Positions 33,046-41,629 of a DNA stretch of 64,000 nucleotides are shown here, in pieces. The notes under the pieces are model-generated. The model was not told the DNA's origin and ran no database searches. It saw only the letters and a program-made list of their open reading frames with translations. Position 1 is the first letter of the stretch; each line of letters opens with the position of its first letter. The translations under genes were made by a program, and so were the position numbers. The stretch is from an uncultured Pseudomonadales bacterium (GTDB lineage: Bacteria; Pseudomonadota; Alphaproteobacteria; UBA2136; UBA6156): contig CAZROO010000002.1 of assembly GCA_964601735.1 (NCBI GenBank), positions 61,109 to 125,108 of the forward strand. Direction: 5' to 3'.

Positions 33046-35268
33046 CTAGGCGCGGGCGGTGACGCCGCTTAAGTCTTTGATAAGGAATGGAACGTCGAGA
33101 ATCATGTGCACCTTGCCGTCGCCGGTGATGGTGGCCCCGGCAATGGCGTGGTGATAATCGAACATGCTGGCGACGCTTTTAACCACCACTTCTTCCTGTC
33201 CCAGCAACTCATCGACCACCAGGCCCATCGAGCTGCCGCCTTCGCGAACTATCACCACAAAGCCTTTGATGGGTTTGGATTTTTTAGCCTCAGCAGGCAT
33301 GGAAGACACGGCTTCCAGTTCATCCAGTGTCATATCGTCGCGCACCGGCTTGGGTGCTTTGAGATGATGCGTGAGCTTGTGCAGGTAGAACAGCGGGAGG
33401 GGTTCGCCGCGCAGTTCGATAACCTCCGTGTCGTTCACATGGTGGATGTTGTCGTGCTTGAATTTGATGACCTCGGAGATATCGCCGATGGGAATGGCAA
33501 AACCTTCGCTGCTGGCGCCGACAATGAGTGCGTTGACGATGGCTAGTGTCAGCGGCAGGTAAATGGAAAAACAGGTGCCAACACCGAGCTCGGAACGGAT
33601 ATCGATGGAACCCTGCATTTTGGCGATTTTGGTGTTGACCACGTCCATGCCCACACCGCGGCCGGAAACATCGGTGATTTTCTCGGCGGTGGAAAAACCC
33701 GGCGCCATGATGAGGCGCACCGCTTCGGTGTCGCTCATGGCAGCGGCGGCGGTTTCGGTGATAATACCCTTTTTGACTGCGACTTTGCGGATTCTGTCAG
33801 GATCAATGCCCTTGCCGTCTTCCTGTACCTGAATGACCACGTTGTTGCCCTCGTAGAACGCACGGACAGCCAAGGTACCCTCGCGGTGCTTGCCCATCAT
33901 TTCGCGTTCATCCGGCGTTTCCAGCCCGTGGTCGAGGGCGTTGCGGATCATATGCACCATCGGGTCGGCAAGGTCGTCCACCAGGCTGCGGTCAACTTCG
34001 GTCATTTCACCTTCGATGATGAGGTTAACCTCTTTGTCCAGTTTGGTTTTGAGTTCGCGCACCTGGCGGGGGATTTTGTCGAACACCTTTTTGATGGGTT
34101 GCATGCGGGTGCTCAGCACGCTCATTTGTAGGTCTTGCGTGACGCGCGAAAATTGCTCGGTCATGGCGTAGATGCGTTCACCCGCGTCGAGCGCCATCAA
34201 AGCCTTGTTGACTTCATTATTGCTCAGTTGGCGCAGCAGCGTGTTCCGCGCCAATACCAGCTCTCCAACCAGGTTCATCACGCTGTCGAGCCGTGCGGTT
34301 TCCACCCGGATGGTTTCGCCGCCCGCCTCGCCTTCGCGGCGTGGCGCGGTACGGCGGTCGTCGCTACCCTCTCGGCGGTCGGTTTCGGTGCGTTTTTCAA
34401 CCGGTGCGGGCGCCTGCTTGGGTAGAAGGGGGCCTGCTTGTGGGCCGGCGGTGGGTGTAGCGACAGCTTCCTCACCTTTGTCTTTACTGGGGTCGAGCGC
34501 CGGGTCGTTAAGAACATCGTCCAGCGTAATACCGCCGGTGCTGGCGACGGCTACGGGTGCCGGAGCAGGCGCCGCAGCCGTTTTTGGCATGTCGTCGCCC
34601 TTGTCCTTGCTGGGGTCGAGCGCGGGGTCGTTGAGAACATCATCCAGCGTAATGCCGCCGGTGCTGGCGGCGGCTACGGGTGCCGGAGCAGGCGCCGCAG
34701 CCGTTTTTGGCATGTCGTCGCCCTTGTCTTTGTCCGGGTGCAGGGCAGGGTCGTTCATGACATCGTCCAGCGTGATGCTGCCGGTAGCCGTAGGCTGTGG
34801 TGCAGGGGCAGCGGGAATAGGCGCCGGAGCGGCAGGCGCAGGCGCCTGCGGCGCGGCGCCTGCGAGCTGCTCGAGCGTGGCAACCAGCGCGCTGTTATCA
34901 ACGCCGCTGTCGTCCTCCCGGTTTTTCTGCTTGGCCAACAGGTTTTTGAGGGCATCGTTGGTTTGTAGCAGCGCATCCATCACCGCCTTGGAGATGGCGA
35001 CCTTGCCGTTACGGATTTCATCGAGCAGGTTTTCCCCTGCGTGGGCCAGCTTGGCCATTTTTTCCAGCCCCAAAAAGCCTGCACCGCCTTTGAGCGTGTG
35101 CAGCACGCGGAAAATGCGGGCGACGGTTTCGGCGTCCGTGCCGCCCTCTTCGCTCATGGCTTCGAGCCTGATGAGGTCCTGCTCAAGGTTATCAAGGCTT
35201 TCGTCGGCCTCGGTGTAGAATTCCTGCAGGATTTCGTTAAGCTCGTTTTGTTCGATATCCGAACTCAT
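33046..35268 (-). CDS. cheA: chemotaxis histidine kinase CheA (740 aa) with a repeat-containing P1-P3 linker
   Basis: HPt site VLHTLKGGAG. Dimerisation domain and HATPase domain (DHGLE, DGKGID, GRGVGMDVV), then a CheW-like C-terminus. Confidence 0.95.
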   Translation of the reverse strand: MSSDIEQNELNEILQEFYTEADESLDNLEQDLIRLEAMSEEGGTDAETVARIFRVLHTLKGGAGFLGLEKMAKLAHAGENLLDEIRNGKVAISKAVMDALLQTNDALKNLLAKQKNREDDSGVDNSALVATLEQLAGAAPQAPAPAAPAPIPAAPAPQPTATGSITLDDVMNDPALHPDKDKGDDMPKTAAAPAPAPVAAASTGGITLDDVLNDPALDPSKDKGDDMPKTAAAPAPAPVAVASTGGITLDDVLNDPALDPSKDKGEEAVATPTAGPQAGPLLPKQAPAPVEKRTETDRREGSDDRRTAPRREGEAGGETIRVETARLDSVMNLVGELVLARNTLLRQLSNNEVNKALMALDAGERIYAMTEQFSRVTQDLQMSVLSTRMQPIKKVFDKIPRQVRELKTKLDKEVNLIIEGEMTEVDRSLVDDLADPMVHMIRNALDHGLETPDEREMMGKHREGTLAVRAFYEGNNVVIQVQEDGKGIDPDRIRKVAVKKGIITETAAAAMSDTEAVRLIMAPGFSTAEKITDVSGRGVGMDVVNTKIAKMQGSIDIRSELGVGTCFSIYLPLTLAIVNALIVGASSEGFAIPIGDISEVIKFKHDNIHHVNDTEVIELRGEPLPLFYLHKLTHHLKAPKPVRDDMTLDELEAVSSMPAEAKKSKPIKGFVVIVREGGSSMGLVVDELLGQEEVVVKSVASMFDYHHAIAGATITGDGKVHMILDVPFLIKDLSGVTARA
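34474..34782 (-). repeat. tandem 123-bp (41-aa) repeat, about 2.5 copies, inside cheA
   Basis: The unit G(G/S)ITLDDV(L/M)NDPAL(D/H)P(S/D)KDKGDDMPKTAAAPAPAPVA(A/V)AST starts at aa 163, 204 and 245. DNA identity is near-perfect at a 123-nt offset (e.g. 34549-34605 against 34672-34728). Confidence 0.88.
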
Positions 35269-35383
35269 GACCGTGCGCCGCCTTTATTGTTGTTTGGCTA
35301 AGGCTACTCCAAAGGCCGTAGGCCTTAAAGGCGGGGGCCTAACCGCTAAGCACTCTCAAAAGTTGTACGCCGGTATGGTAAGG

Positions 35384-36445
35384 CTAAACGCCAAGCAACT
35401 GGCGGATACGCGGGCCGATTTGCTCAAGCGGCAACACTTCGCTGGCGCCATCCGCTTCGGCCAGCGCGCGCGGCATGCCGTAGACCACGCAACTGGCGGC
35501 ATCCTGCCCGATGGTGTAGGCCCCGGCATTTTTAAGTGCGGTAAAGGCTTTGGCGCCGTCAGCCCCCATGCCGGTGAGCAGCACGGCGATGACGTGGGCG
35601 CCCAGCACCTTTTGTACGCTGTCGCCCAGTACGTCGATACTGGGCATATAAGGGCTTTCGCCATTATCCGGATGGAGCGTGCAACCGTTGGCTTCCAACC
35701 GCAGGTGCAGTCCGCCGGGCGCGATGTAGACCGTGCCCGGCCGGGGGGTGTCGCCCGCTTTGGCTTCGGTTACGCTGATGCCGCAGATTTCATCGAGACG
35801 GCGGGCCAGCACGCGGGTGAAATCGGCTGGCATGTGCTGGGCCACCAGCACCGGCACCGGCAGGTTTTTGGGCAGGGCCTGAAGCAGGACCTGTAATGCC
35901 TTGGGGCCGCCGGTACTGCTACCGATGACTACCATGCGCGCTGCCAGTTGTTGCGGGGTAACGGCGGGCTTGGAGGCGGGCAGTTCGGCTGGGGTGGTGG
36001 ATTCTTCGATCAGTTTTTGCGGCTTGGCGCCTGCGGCGGCAAGAAGTTTTTGGTGGATGTCTTCGGCGTTCTTGAAAATATTCTTGTCTTTGTCGGCCAG
36101 GGCCTTGGGAATGAAATCGACCGCGCCGAGTTCCATGGCTTTGAGAGTAGCTTCGGCACCGTGCTCGGTGAGCGTGGAAATCATCACCACCGGTGTTTTG
36201 GTGGTTTGCATGATTTTGGCTAGCGCCTCGATGCCGGTCATCACCGGCATTTCAATATCCATGGTGATGACGTCCGGCTTGAGGGCCTGGGCTTTTTCAA
36301 CCCCTTCCTGCCCGTTGCTGGCAACGTCGATAACCTTGAATTGCGGGTTGCGCTCAATCATCCGCACCAGCGCACCGCGCATAAACGTGGAGTCGTCAAC
36401 GACCAGGACCCGGATGGGATTGGCGGAAGATGGTTGGGCGTTCAT
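35384..36445 (-). CDS. cheB: chemotaxis response regulator protein-glutamate methylesterase CheB
   Basis: N-terminal REC domain (VLVVDDS...DVITMDIEMPVMTG) and C-terminal CheB methylesterase domain (VVIGSSTGGPKAL, AQHMP, GMGADG). Confidence 0.93.
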   Translation of the reverse strand: MNAQPSSANPIRVLVVDDSTFMRGALVRMIERNPQFKVIDVASNGQEGVEKAQALKPDVITMDIEMPVMTGIEALAKIMQTTKTPVVMISTLTEHGAEATLKAMELGAVDFIPKALADKDKNIFKNAEDIHQKLLAAAGAKPQKLIEESTTPAELPASKPAVTPQQLAARMVVIGSSTGGPKALQVLLQALPKNLPVPVLVAQHMPADFTRVLARRLDEICGISVTEAKAGDTPRPGTVYIAPGGLHLRLEANGCTLHPDNGESPYMPSIDVLGDSVQKVLGAHVIAVLLTGMGADGAKAFTALKNAGAYTIGQDAASCVVYGMPRALAEADGASEVLPLEQIGPRIRQLLGV

Positions 36446-36453
36446 GCCCTACC

Positions 36454-37140
36454 TTATAACAGCTTGGACAGGATGGCGTCGATGTCGTCCTGCTCAAGCC
36501 CTTGACCGGCCAACGCCGGTCCTTGCAACAAGTTGGCGTTTTCGTCGAGCATGGCACGGGTGGCTTCATCGAGCTGTTCGTCTTTTTGCTTGAGGCCGAA
36601 CACAACTACCATGCGCAGCACATGGCGTTCGATTTCTTGCAGGGCGCGCACCACCTTTTGGATGCGCTGGCCGGTGATATCCTGGAAGTTGCAGGCCTCA
36701 TAAATTTTGGTGATGCTGGCGGTGCAGTCATTGAGCGCGGCATCAACGGCGGACAGGGCGTCAGGGTCAAGCGGCGGGTCCATATTGATGAGGCGGTCGC
36801 GCAGGTCGTTCTGCAACTGGCTCATGCCGTCAAGCTCGTCCATGATGCGGCCGGTGGCGGCTTCGGTCATTTGCACGATGGCGCCAAGCTGGTTGCTGGC
36901 GTCGGGAATTTCCTTGCTGGTGATTTCCTCGCCTTTGATTTCACTCAATTCTTTTTTGGCATTATTGATGAACTTGGCGAGCTCGCCGATTTCGGCAAAC
37001 AGGTTGTCCCCGGCTTCGCCTTCTTTATTGAACATGCCGCGAATGGCGTCTACCAGCTCCTTGACCGCGGCATAGGGCACGGTATCGCCCGTGCGCTGGG
37101 CCTCCAGGGCGGCGATGCGTTGTTCCAGGGTTATCGTCAT
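36454..37140 (-). CDS. cheZ: CheY-P phosphatase CheZ
   Basis: Catalytic-region match ACNFQDITGQRIQKVVRALQEIERHVL (E. coli FQDLTGQ...QEIERQL). Acidic C-terminal peptide EQDDIDAILSKLL. Confidence 0.8.
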   Translation of the reverse strand: MTITLEQRIAALEAQRTGDTVPYAAVKELVDAIRGMFNKEGEAGDNLFAEIGELAKFINNAKKELSEIKGEEITSKEIPDASNQLGAIVQMTEAATGRIMDELDGMSQLQNDLRDRLINMDPPLDPDALSAVDAALNDCTASITKIYEACNFQDITGQRIQKVVRALQEIERHVLRMVVVFGLKQKDEQLDEATRAMLDENANLLQGPALAGQGLEQDDIDAILSKLL

Positions 37141-37186
37141 CAGGGGATATTCCTTATTTTAATTGGTTTTAAAGTAAGGGGTCCGT

Positions 37187-37573
37187 TTAGAACGGCCCGA
37201 GTACTTTTACCAGCTTTTCCTTGAGCGTAGCGGCATTGAACGGTTTGACGATATAATTGCTGACACCCGCTTGCACCGCGGCCACAACGTTTTCGCGTTT
37301 GCCCTCGGCCGTAACCATGATGAACGGCAGCGTTTTATACTTGTCATTGGCGCGAACATTCTTAAGAAAGTCGATGCCTGTCATTTTGGGCATGTTCCAG
37401 TCCGAAATGACGAGATCTATCTGTTCGGTTTGCAGGCGGTCCCAGCCGGTGGAGCCGTCGTCCGCCTCCACCATGTTGGTAAAGCCCAACTGGCGCAGCA
37501 GATTGACGATAATACGGCGCATGGTCTGGAAGTCGTCCACGACCAGGATTCTCATATTGCGGTCAACGGCCAT
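37187..37573 (-). CDS. cheY: chemotaxis response regulator CheY
   Basis: 128 aa single REC domain: ILVVDDFQTMRRI, DLVISDWNMPKMTG, MVTAEGKRENV, YIVKPF. Confidence 0.93.
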   Translation of the reverse strand: MAVDRNMRILVVDDFQTMRRIIVNLLRQLGFTNMVEADDGSTGWDRLQTEQIDLVISDWNMPKMTGIDFLKNVRANDKYKTLPFIMVTAEGKRENVVAAVQAGVSNYIVKPFNAATLKEKLVKVLGPF

Positions 37574-37696
37574 TGTCGGCGTTCCTTATTGTTTTTGTAC
37601 TCCGGGGCTTGGGGGGTGACCCATGCCGCCGCACTTTACTGATGATTACCATGAACCATAACTGACAGGTACGAAACCACCAAGGGCTAGGTCACC

Positions 37697-37719
37697 AACA
37701 AAAGCGCCCATGTGGCGCT
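37697..37719 (-). terminator. intrinsic terminator after the MotE-like gene
   Basis: Minus strand GCGCC-ACATG-GGCGC followed by TTTTGTT. Confidence 0.6.
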
Positions 37720-37751
37720 GCCACCATAGGCTGTAAGATATGTGGTCATTT

Positions 37752-38414
37752 TTAAGGCCGTTTTGCCGGGGTGGCAGTGGTGGCCTGGCTCAGGTTGTCA
37801 CCCACTATTGGATTGCTGGCCATCATTTCCGACACTACGCGGGCTTTGACCGGATCAAGCGCTTCCATGATTTTACCGCTCTTTTTAACCGGCATGCGCA
37901 TCAGCACGTCATGAACGATGCTGTTATCCAGCCTGTTAAGCACAACGGCGGCGGCGGCGGGCTTCATGGCCGCGTACATTTGTGCCAGTTGGGTCAGTTC
38001 TTTGTCGCCTTTGCCCGACAAACCGGTCATCAAGTGTTCAATTTGCGCCTTGAGGGTTTGTAGCTCCTTGGTCTTGTCGGCCAGGCGGCGTTCCATCAGG
38101 TCGGCCAGTTTTTCGCGCAATTCAAGGGCTTGGGCGCGACGTTCCAACTCCACCCGCTTGGCTTCCAAATCGGTCAGTACCGCCACTTCGGCCGGGCTGA
38201 AGACGCGTTCGTTATTGGGCAGCAGAACGGTAGGAGTGGTAGGCACGCTGCTGCTGACCGTCCCTGTTGTAGCGCCTTCCTTTTTGCCTTCCTTGCCTTC
38301 GGCGGCGGGTTTTTCGCCCGCGGGCTTCTTGGCTTCTTCGGCGGCATGGGCCAGCGGCGCTACAACCAGCGCCAAGGCTAGCGGCAGTCCCCAGCGCTTG
38401 GGCATGTCAGGCAT
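37752..38414 (-). CDS. MotE-like / MgtE_N-type periplasmic flagellar protein (220 aa)
   Basis: Signal peptide, a Lys/Glu-rich linker, a coiled coil, then QMYAAMKPAAAAVVLNRLDNSIVHDVLMRMPVKKSGKIMEALDPVKA, which is typical of MgtE-intracellular-N / MotE family proteins. Confidence 0.7.
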   Translation of the reverse strand: MPDMPKRWGLPLALALVVAPLAHAAEEAKKPAGEKPAAEGKEGKKEGATTGTVSSSVPTTPTVLLPNNERVFSPAEVAVLTDLEAKRVELERRAQALELREKLADLMERRLADKTKELQTLKAQIEHLMTGLSGKGDKELTQLAQMYAAMKPAAAAVVLNRLDNSIVHDVLMRMPVKKSGKIMEALDPVKARVVSEMMASNPIVGDNLSQATTATPAKRP

Positions 38415-38417
38415 TAA

Positions 38418-38942
38418 TCAATTGCGCTCCTTGGCGCGAAGCTCGATTTCAGCCTGGCTGGGGCGGCGGGCAATGGCCTTGGAGCCGCTACCGGCGGCGT
38501 CTCCCAGTTCGGCCAGCAGGTTTTCCAGCGGGTCGGTTGCCACGGTCGATTCCATCTGCTGCACCATCGGCTGCTCAAGCGTTTGTACGGTTTTGGTGAT
38601 GGTGGTTTCGATTTTGGCGCCATTGGCATGTTCCATCCTGTTGGCTGTTTGCTCGCCCCGGGCAATGAGGAATTTGAGATCGCTGACCGTGGTTTGCGCG
38701 GCCTGAAGTTGTTGATTCAGGTCGGGCCCCAGCTTGTGGGCGGCATGGTTCATTTCTTGACGCGCCTGCTCCAGCCCCTGGCGTACTGCCAGCAGTTGCT
38801 GGGCCAGTTTTTCGGCCAGCAGTGGGGCCTCGCGCAGCTCGCGGCGCATGCCGCGCAATAGCTGCCCCAGCAGTAGCAGCAAACCAGCCACCAGGGCCAG
38901 TAATACACAGCTTACCGTTGCCAAAGCTAATCCGACGCTCAT
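38418..38942 (-). CDS. hypothetical N-terminally anchored coiled-coil protein (174 aa) in the fliLM operon
   Basis: One TM helix (LALATVSCVLLALVAGLLLLL) followed by Q/L/A-rich helices. It starts 6 nt after the fliM stop. Confidence 0.65.
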   Translation of the reverse strand: MSVGLALATVSCVLLALVAGLLLLLGQLLRGMRRELREAPLLAEKLAQQLLAVRQGLEQARQEMNHAAHKLGPDLNQQLQAAQTTVSDLKFLIARGEQTANRMEHANGAKIETTITKTVQTLEQPMVQQMESTVATDPLENLLAELGDAAGSGSKAIARRPSQAEIELRAKERN

Positions 38943-38948
38943 GGTTGA

Positions 38949-40013
38949 TTATCCTGATTTCTGGTTGTTCAAATCGGTGATGGTATGGGTGATGCGCACG
39001 GCCTTATGGTCAAGCGCACGGCCCATAAGGCCCACCAGCTTGGTGACACCGCTGCAGCTGAGCTGGACGGGGCTGGTGGGGCGGGCATCGAGGACGATGG
39101 TATCGCCCACTTTCCACTGCAACACGTCCTCAATGGGGAATTTCATTTCGTCGAGCACGGCATTAAAAACCATGGTGGTGTGGAAAAGCTCCTGGCTCAG
39201 GTGATTTTCCCAGATGTTGTCCTGGCCGAATTTCTCGCCCATGAATTGCTGCAACAGTTGCTCGCGCACCGGTTCGAGCGTGGCGTAAGGCAGGCAAAAC
39301 TGCATTTTGCCCTCGCGACCCTCAAGGTTGGCCTTGACCGTGACGATGATGCAGACGTTGGTATCCTGCGAAATGACGGCAAAGCGCGGATTGACTTCCA
39401 TGCGCTCGCTCTTGAACTGTACCGGCGCAATGGGCGCGAATGCCTCGTTGAGATCGCGCAACACCATGTCGTTGAGCGTATCCACGATTTTACGCTCGAT
39501 GGCCGTGAACTGCCGCCCGGCAATGGGTATGGGGCGCGCTTTGCGGCCGCCGAGCATAACATCCACAACCGAGTAAATCAGCGAGCTTTCGTACACTACC
39601 AGCACGTAGTCTTCGAGCCCCACGGCATTGACCACCATAATGCCCGCGGGCAACGCAATCTGATTGAGATAATCGCCGAAGCGCACCGAACTCATGCCCA
39701 TCACCGTCACGTCAACGTTGTCGGCGGTGTACTGGCGGAGGCTGGTGGAGAGCACGCGCTCGAATTTGTCGAACACCACTTCGAGCATTGGCAGCTTTTC
39801 ATAGTTGACCACGCTTTGGTCAAGCAGCGCACGGGTTCCCCGGCTGGACGAACCGTCGTCGCCGCCCACGCCCAGCAGGCTGTCGATTTCATTCTGGTCG
39901 AGAACTTTCTGGGTTTCGCCCGGCTTGGCCGGGGCGGCGGCATCGGCGGCAGGCTGGCCCTCGGCCATGCCCTGCCACTGTTTCAGCATTTCTTCTTCGG
40001 AGGCGCCGCTCAT
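38949..40013 (-). CDS. fliM: flagellar motor switch protein FliM
   Basis: N-terminal CheY-binding peptide VLDQNEIDSLLG, the FliM middle domain and a C-terminal SpoA/FliN-like domain. Confidence 0.93.
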   Translation of the reverse strand: MSGASEEEMLKQWQGMAEGQPAADAAAPAKPGETQKVLDQNEIDSLLGVGGDDGSSSRGTRALLDQSVVNYEKLPMLEVVFDKFERVLSTSLRQYTADNVDVTVMGMSSVRFGDYLNQIALPAGIMVVNAVGLEDYVLVVYESSLIYSVVDVMLGGRKARPIPIAGRQFTAIERKIVDTLNDMVLRDLNEAFAPIAPVQFKSERMEVNPRFAVISQDTNVCIIVTVKANLEGREGKMQFCLPYATLEPVREQLLQQFMGEKFGQDNIWENHLSQELFHTTMVFNAVLDEMKFPIEDVLQWKVGDTIVLDARPTSPVQLSCSGVTKLVGLMGRALDHKAVRITHTITDLNNQKSG

Positions 40014-40091
40014 GTTTCTGTTCCGTTCTGCCGCTTAATATAACACAAAGGCCGCCGGCGGGCAGCCTTTGCCTATAACGCCAGCAGGCAA

Positions 40092-40658
40092 TTACTGGAC
40101 GAGAACCTCGCGGAACAGCACGTTTTTAACCCTCACCGGCGCCAGGGTTTGGCTGGCGCGCAGCAGCAGGTCTTCCTTGATGCGTTGCAGCCCGGCGTTG
40201 CCGCGCAGGTCGTCCAGCCGCAGTTGGCGCAGGTATTGGAGATAATCATCCTGCAGGCGGGCGGCGTTGGTCTCCACCTGTTTTTCCTCGTCGGTGCTGG
40301 CAAGCTCCAGCGTTACCTTGAGGCGCAAAAAATGGTCCTGCTGGCCGGTCTGGGCAAGATTAAGGCTGAATTCCGGCACATCGTAAAACACCGAGGCCGC
40401 CGCCGCACCGCTGGACGGGGCGCCGCTCATGACCGTATCGGCATCGGGCGTGGAGGGCTTGCGCAGCACAAAAAACCAGGTGGCGATACCGGCGACGATG
40501 AGCAGCACGGCGGCACCGACGCCCGCCATCATCAGCATCTTTTTTCTGTCGCCAGCAGGGGCTGCGGCCGCTTCGCCTTCGGCAGGCGCGGCGCCGCCCT
40601 CCTTGGGAGCTTCTTTTGAAGCCTCCTGCGGCGCTTCCTTAACAACTTCTTCTGCCAT
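40092..40658 (-). CDS. fliL: flagellar basal-body-associated protein FliL
   Basis: Lys/Ala-rich N-terminus, single TM, then YDVPEFSLNL...RLKVTLEL...LRASQTLAPVRVKNVLFREVLVQ. Confidence 0.88.
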   Translation of the reverse strand: MAEEVVKEAPQEASKEAPKEGGAAPAEGEAAAAPAGDRKKMLMMAGVGAAVLLIVAGIATWFFVLRKPSTPDADTVMSGAPSSGAAAASVFYDVPEFSLNLAQTGQQDHFLRLKVTLELASTDEEKQVETNAARLQDDYLQYLRQLRLDDLRGNAGLQRIKEDLLLRASQTLAPVRVKNVLFREVLVQ

Positions 40659-40693
40659 GCCCTGTTCTAACCTTTAAACCTTCCAGAACTCAA

Positions 40694-41569
40694 CTAGCGG
40701 TAGGGTTTGGGCTCGGGGCCGGAGTAATCGTAGAAGCCACGACCGGCTTTTTTGCCGAGCCAGCCGGCATCGACAAATTTCACCAGCAGCGGGCAGGGGC
40801 GGTACTTGCTGTCACCCAGCTCGTTGTGCAGCACGCGCATGATGGCCACGCAAGTGTCGAGGCCGATGAAGTCGGCCAGCGTCAGCGGGCCCATCGGGTG
40901 CCCGGCGCCAAGCTTCATCGAGGTATCAATGCTTTTCACCCCCGCAACGCCGTCCTGCAGCGCATAGGCCGCCTCGTTGAGCATGGGCAGCAGCAGGCGA
41001 TTGACGATAAAGCCTGGCACGTCCTCGCTGGTCGCGGCGGTCTTGCCCATCTTGGTCGCCACTTCCAGAACGCGCTCGTAGGTTTCGTTGCTGGTGGCCA
41101 GCCCTTTGATGATTTCAACCAGTTGCATCATCGGCACCGGGTTCATGAAGTGCAGGCCGATGAACTTTTCCGGCCGCTTGGTCACGGCTGCCAGGCGGGT
41201 GATGGAAATGCTGCTGGTATTGCTGGCAATCAGGCCATCCTTGTTCAGCACACCATCGAGTTCGGCAAAGATTTTCTTTTTGATTTCCTCGTTTTCGGTC
41301 GCGGCCTCAACCACCAGATTGCACTTGGCCAAATCGGCCATTTTGGTGGTGGTGGTGATGTTGGAAAGAGCCGCTTTTTTCTCGGCTTCGGTCAGGTTGC
41401 CCTTGCCGATTTGCCGGTCCATGTTGCCTTCGATGGTCTTGAGGGCCTTTTCCAGCGCCTCGGCGCGGGCGTCCAGCATGGTCACCTTATAGCCCTTTTG
41501 CGCCGCCACGTGCGCAATACCGCCGCCCATCTGCCCTGCGCCAATAACGCCGATGTGAGAAATCTCCAT
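40694..41569 (-). CDS. hbd: 3-hydroxybutyryl-CoA dehydrogenase
   Basis: Trimmed to ATG 41569 (MEISHIGVIGAGQMGGGIA). HFMNPVPMMQLVE and PGFIVNRLL motifs. 291 aa. The track extension to 42397 is antisense to def. Confidence 0.92.
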   Translation of the reverse strand: MEISHIGVIGAGQMGGGIAHVAAQKGYKVTMLDARAEALEKALKTIEGNMDRQIGKGNLTEAEKKAALSNITTTTKMADLAKCNLVVEAATENEEIKKKIFAELDGVLNKDGLIASNTSSISITRLAAVTKRPEKFIGLHFMNPVPMMQLVEIIKGLATSNETYERVLEVATKMGKTAATSEDVPGFIVNRLLLPMLNEAAYALQDGVAGVKSIDTSMKLGAGHPMGPLTLADFIGLDTCVAIMRVLHNELGDSKYRPCPLLVKFVDAGWLGKKAGRGFYDYSGPEPKPYR

Positions 41570-41629
41570 AACCTTTTCCTTATTATTGAATGTATTGTGC
41601 CTGAAGCCCTGGATGGCGTATAGAGCGCT

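Noticed and set aside
34474-34782. Tandem repeats considered as a CRISPR-like or VNTR non-coding array
   Set aside because: The repeats lie in-frame inside cheA, have no spacers and a 123-bp period. They are treated as a protein-level repeat (see findings).
40014-40091. Hairpin AAAGGCCGCC-GGCG-GGCAGCCTTT between fliL and fliM as a terminator
   Set aside because: The stem is imperfect, the minus-strand U-tract is weak, and fliM needs read-through. At most it is an intercistronic stabiliser, so it is not called.
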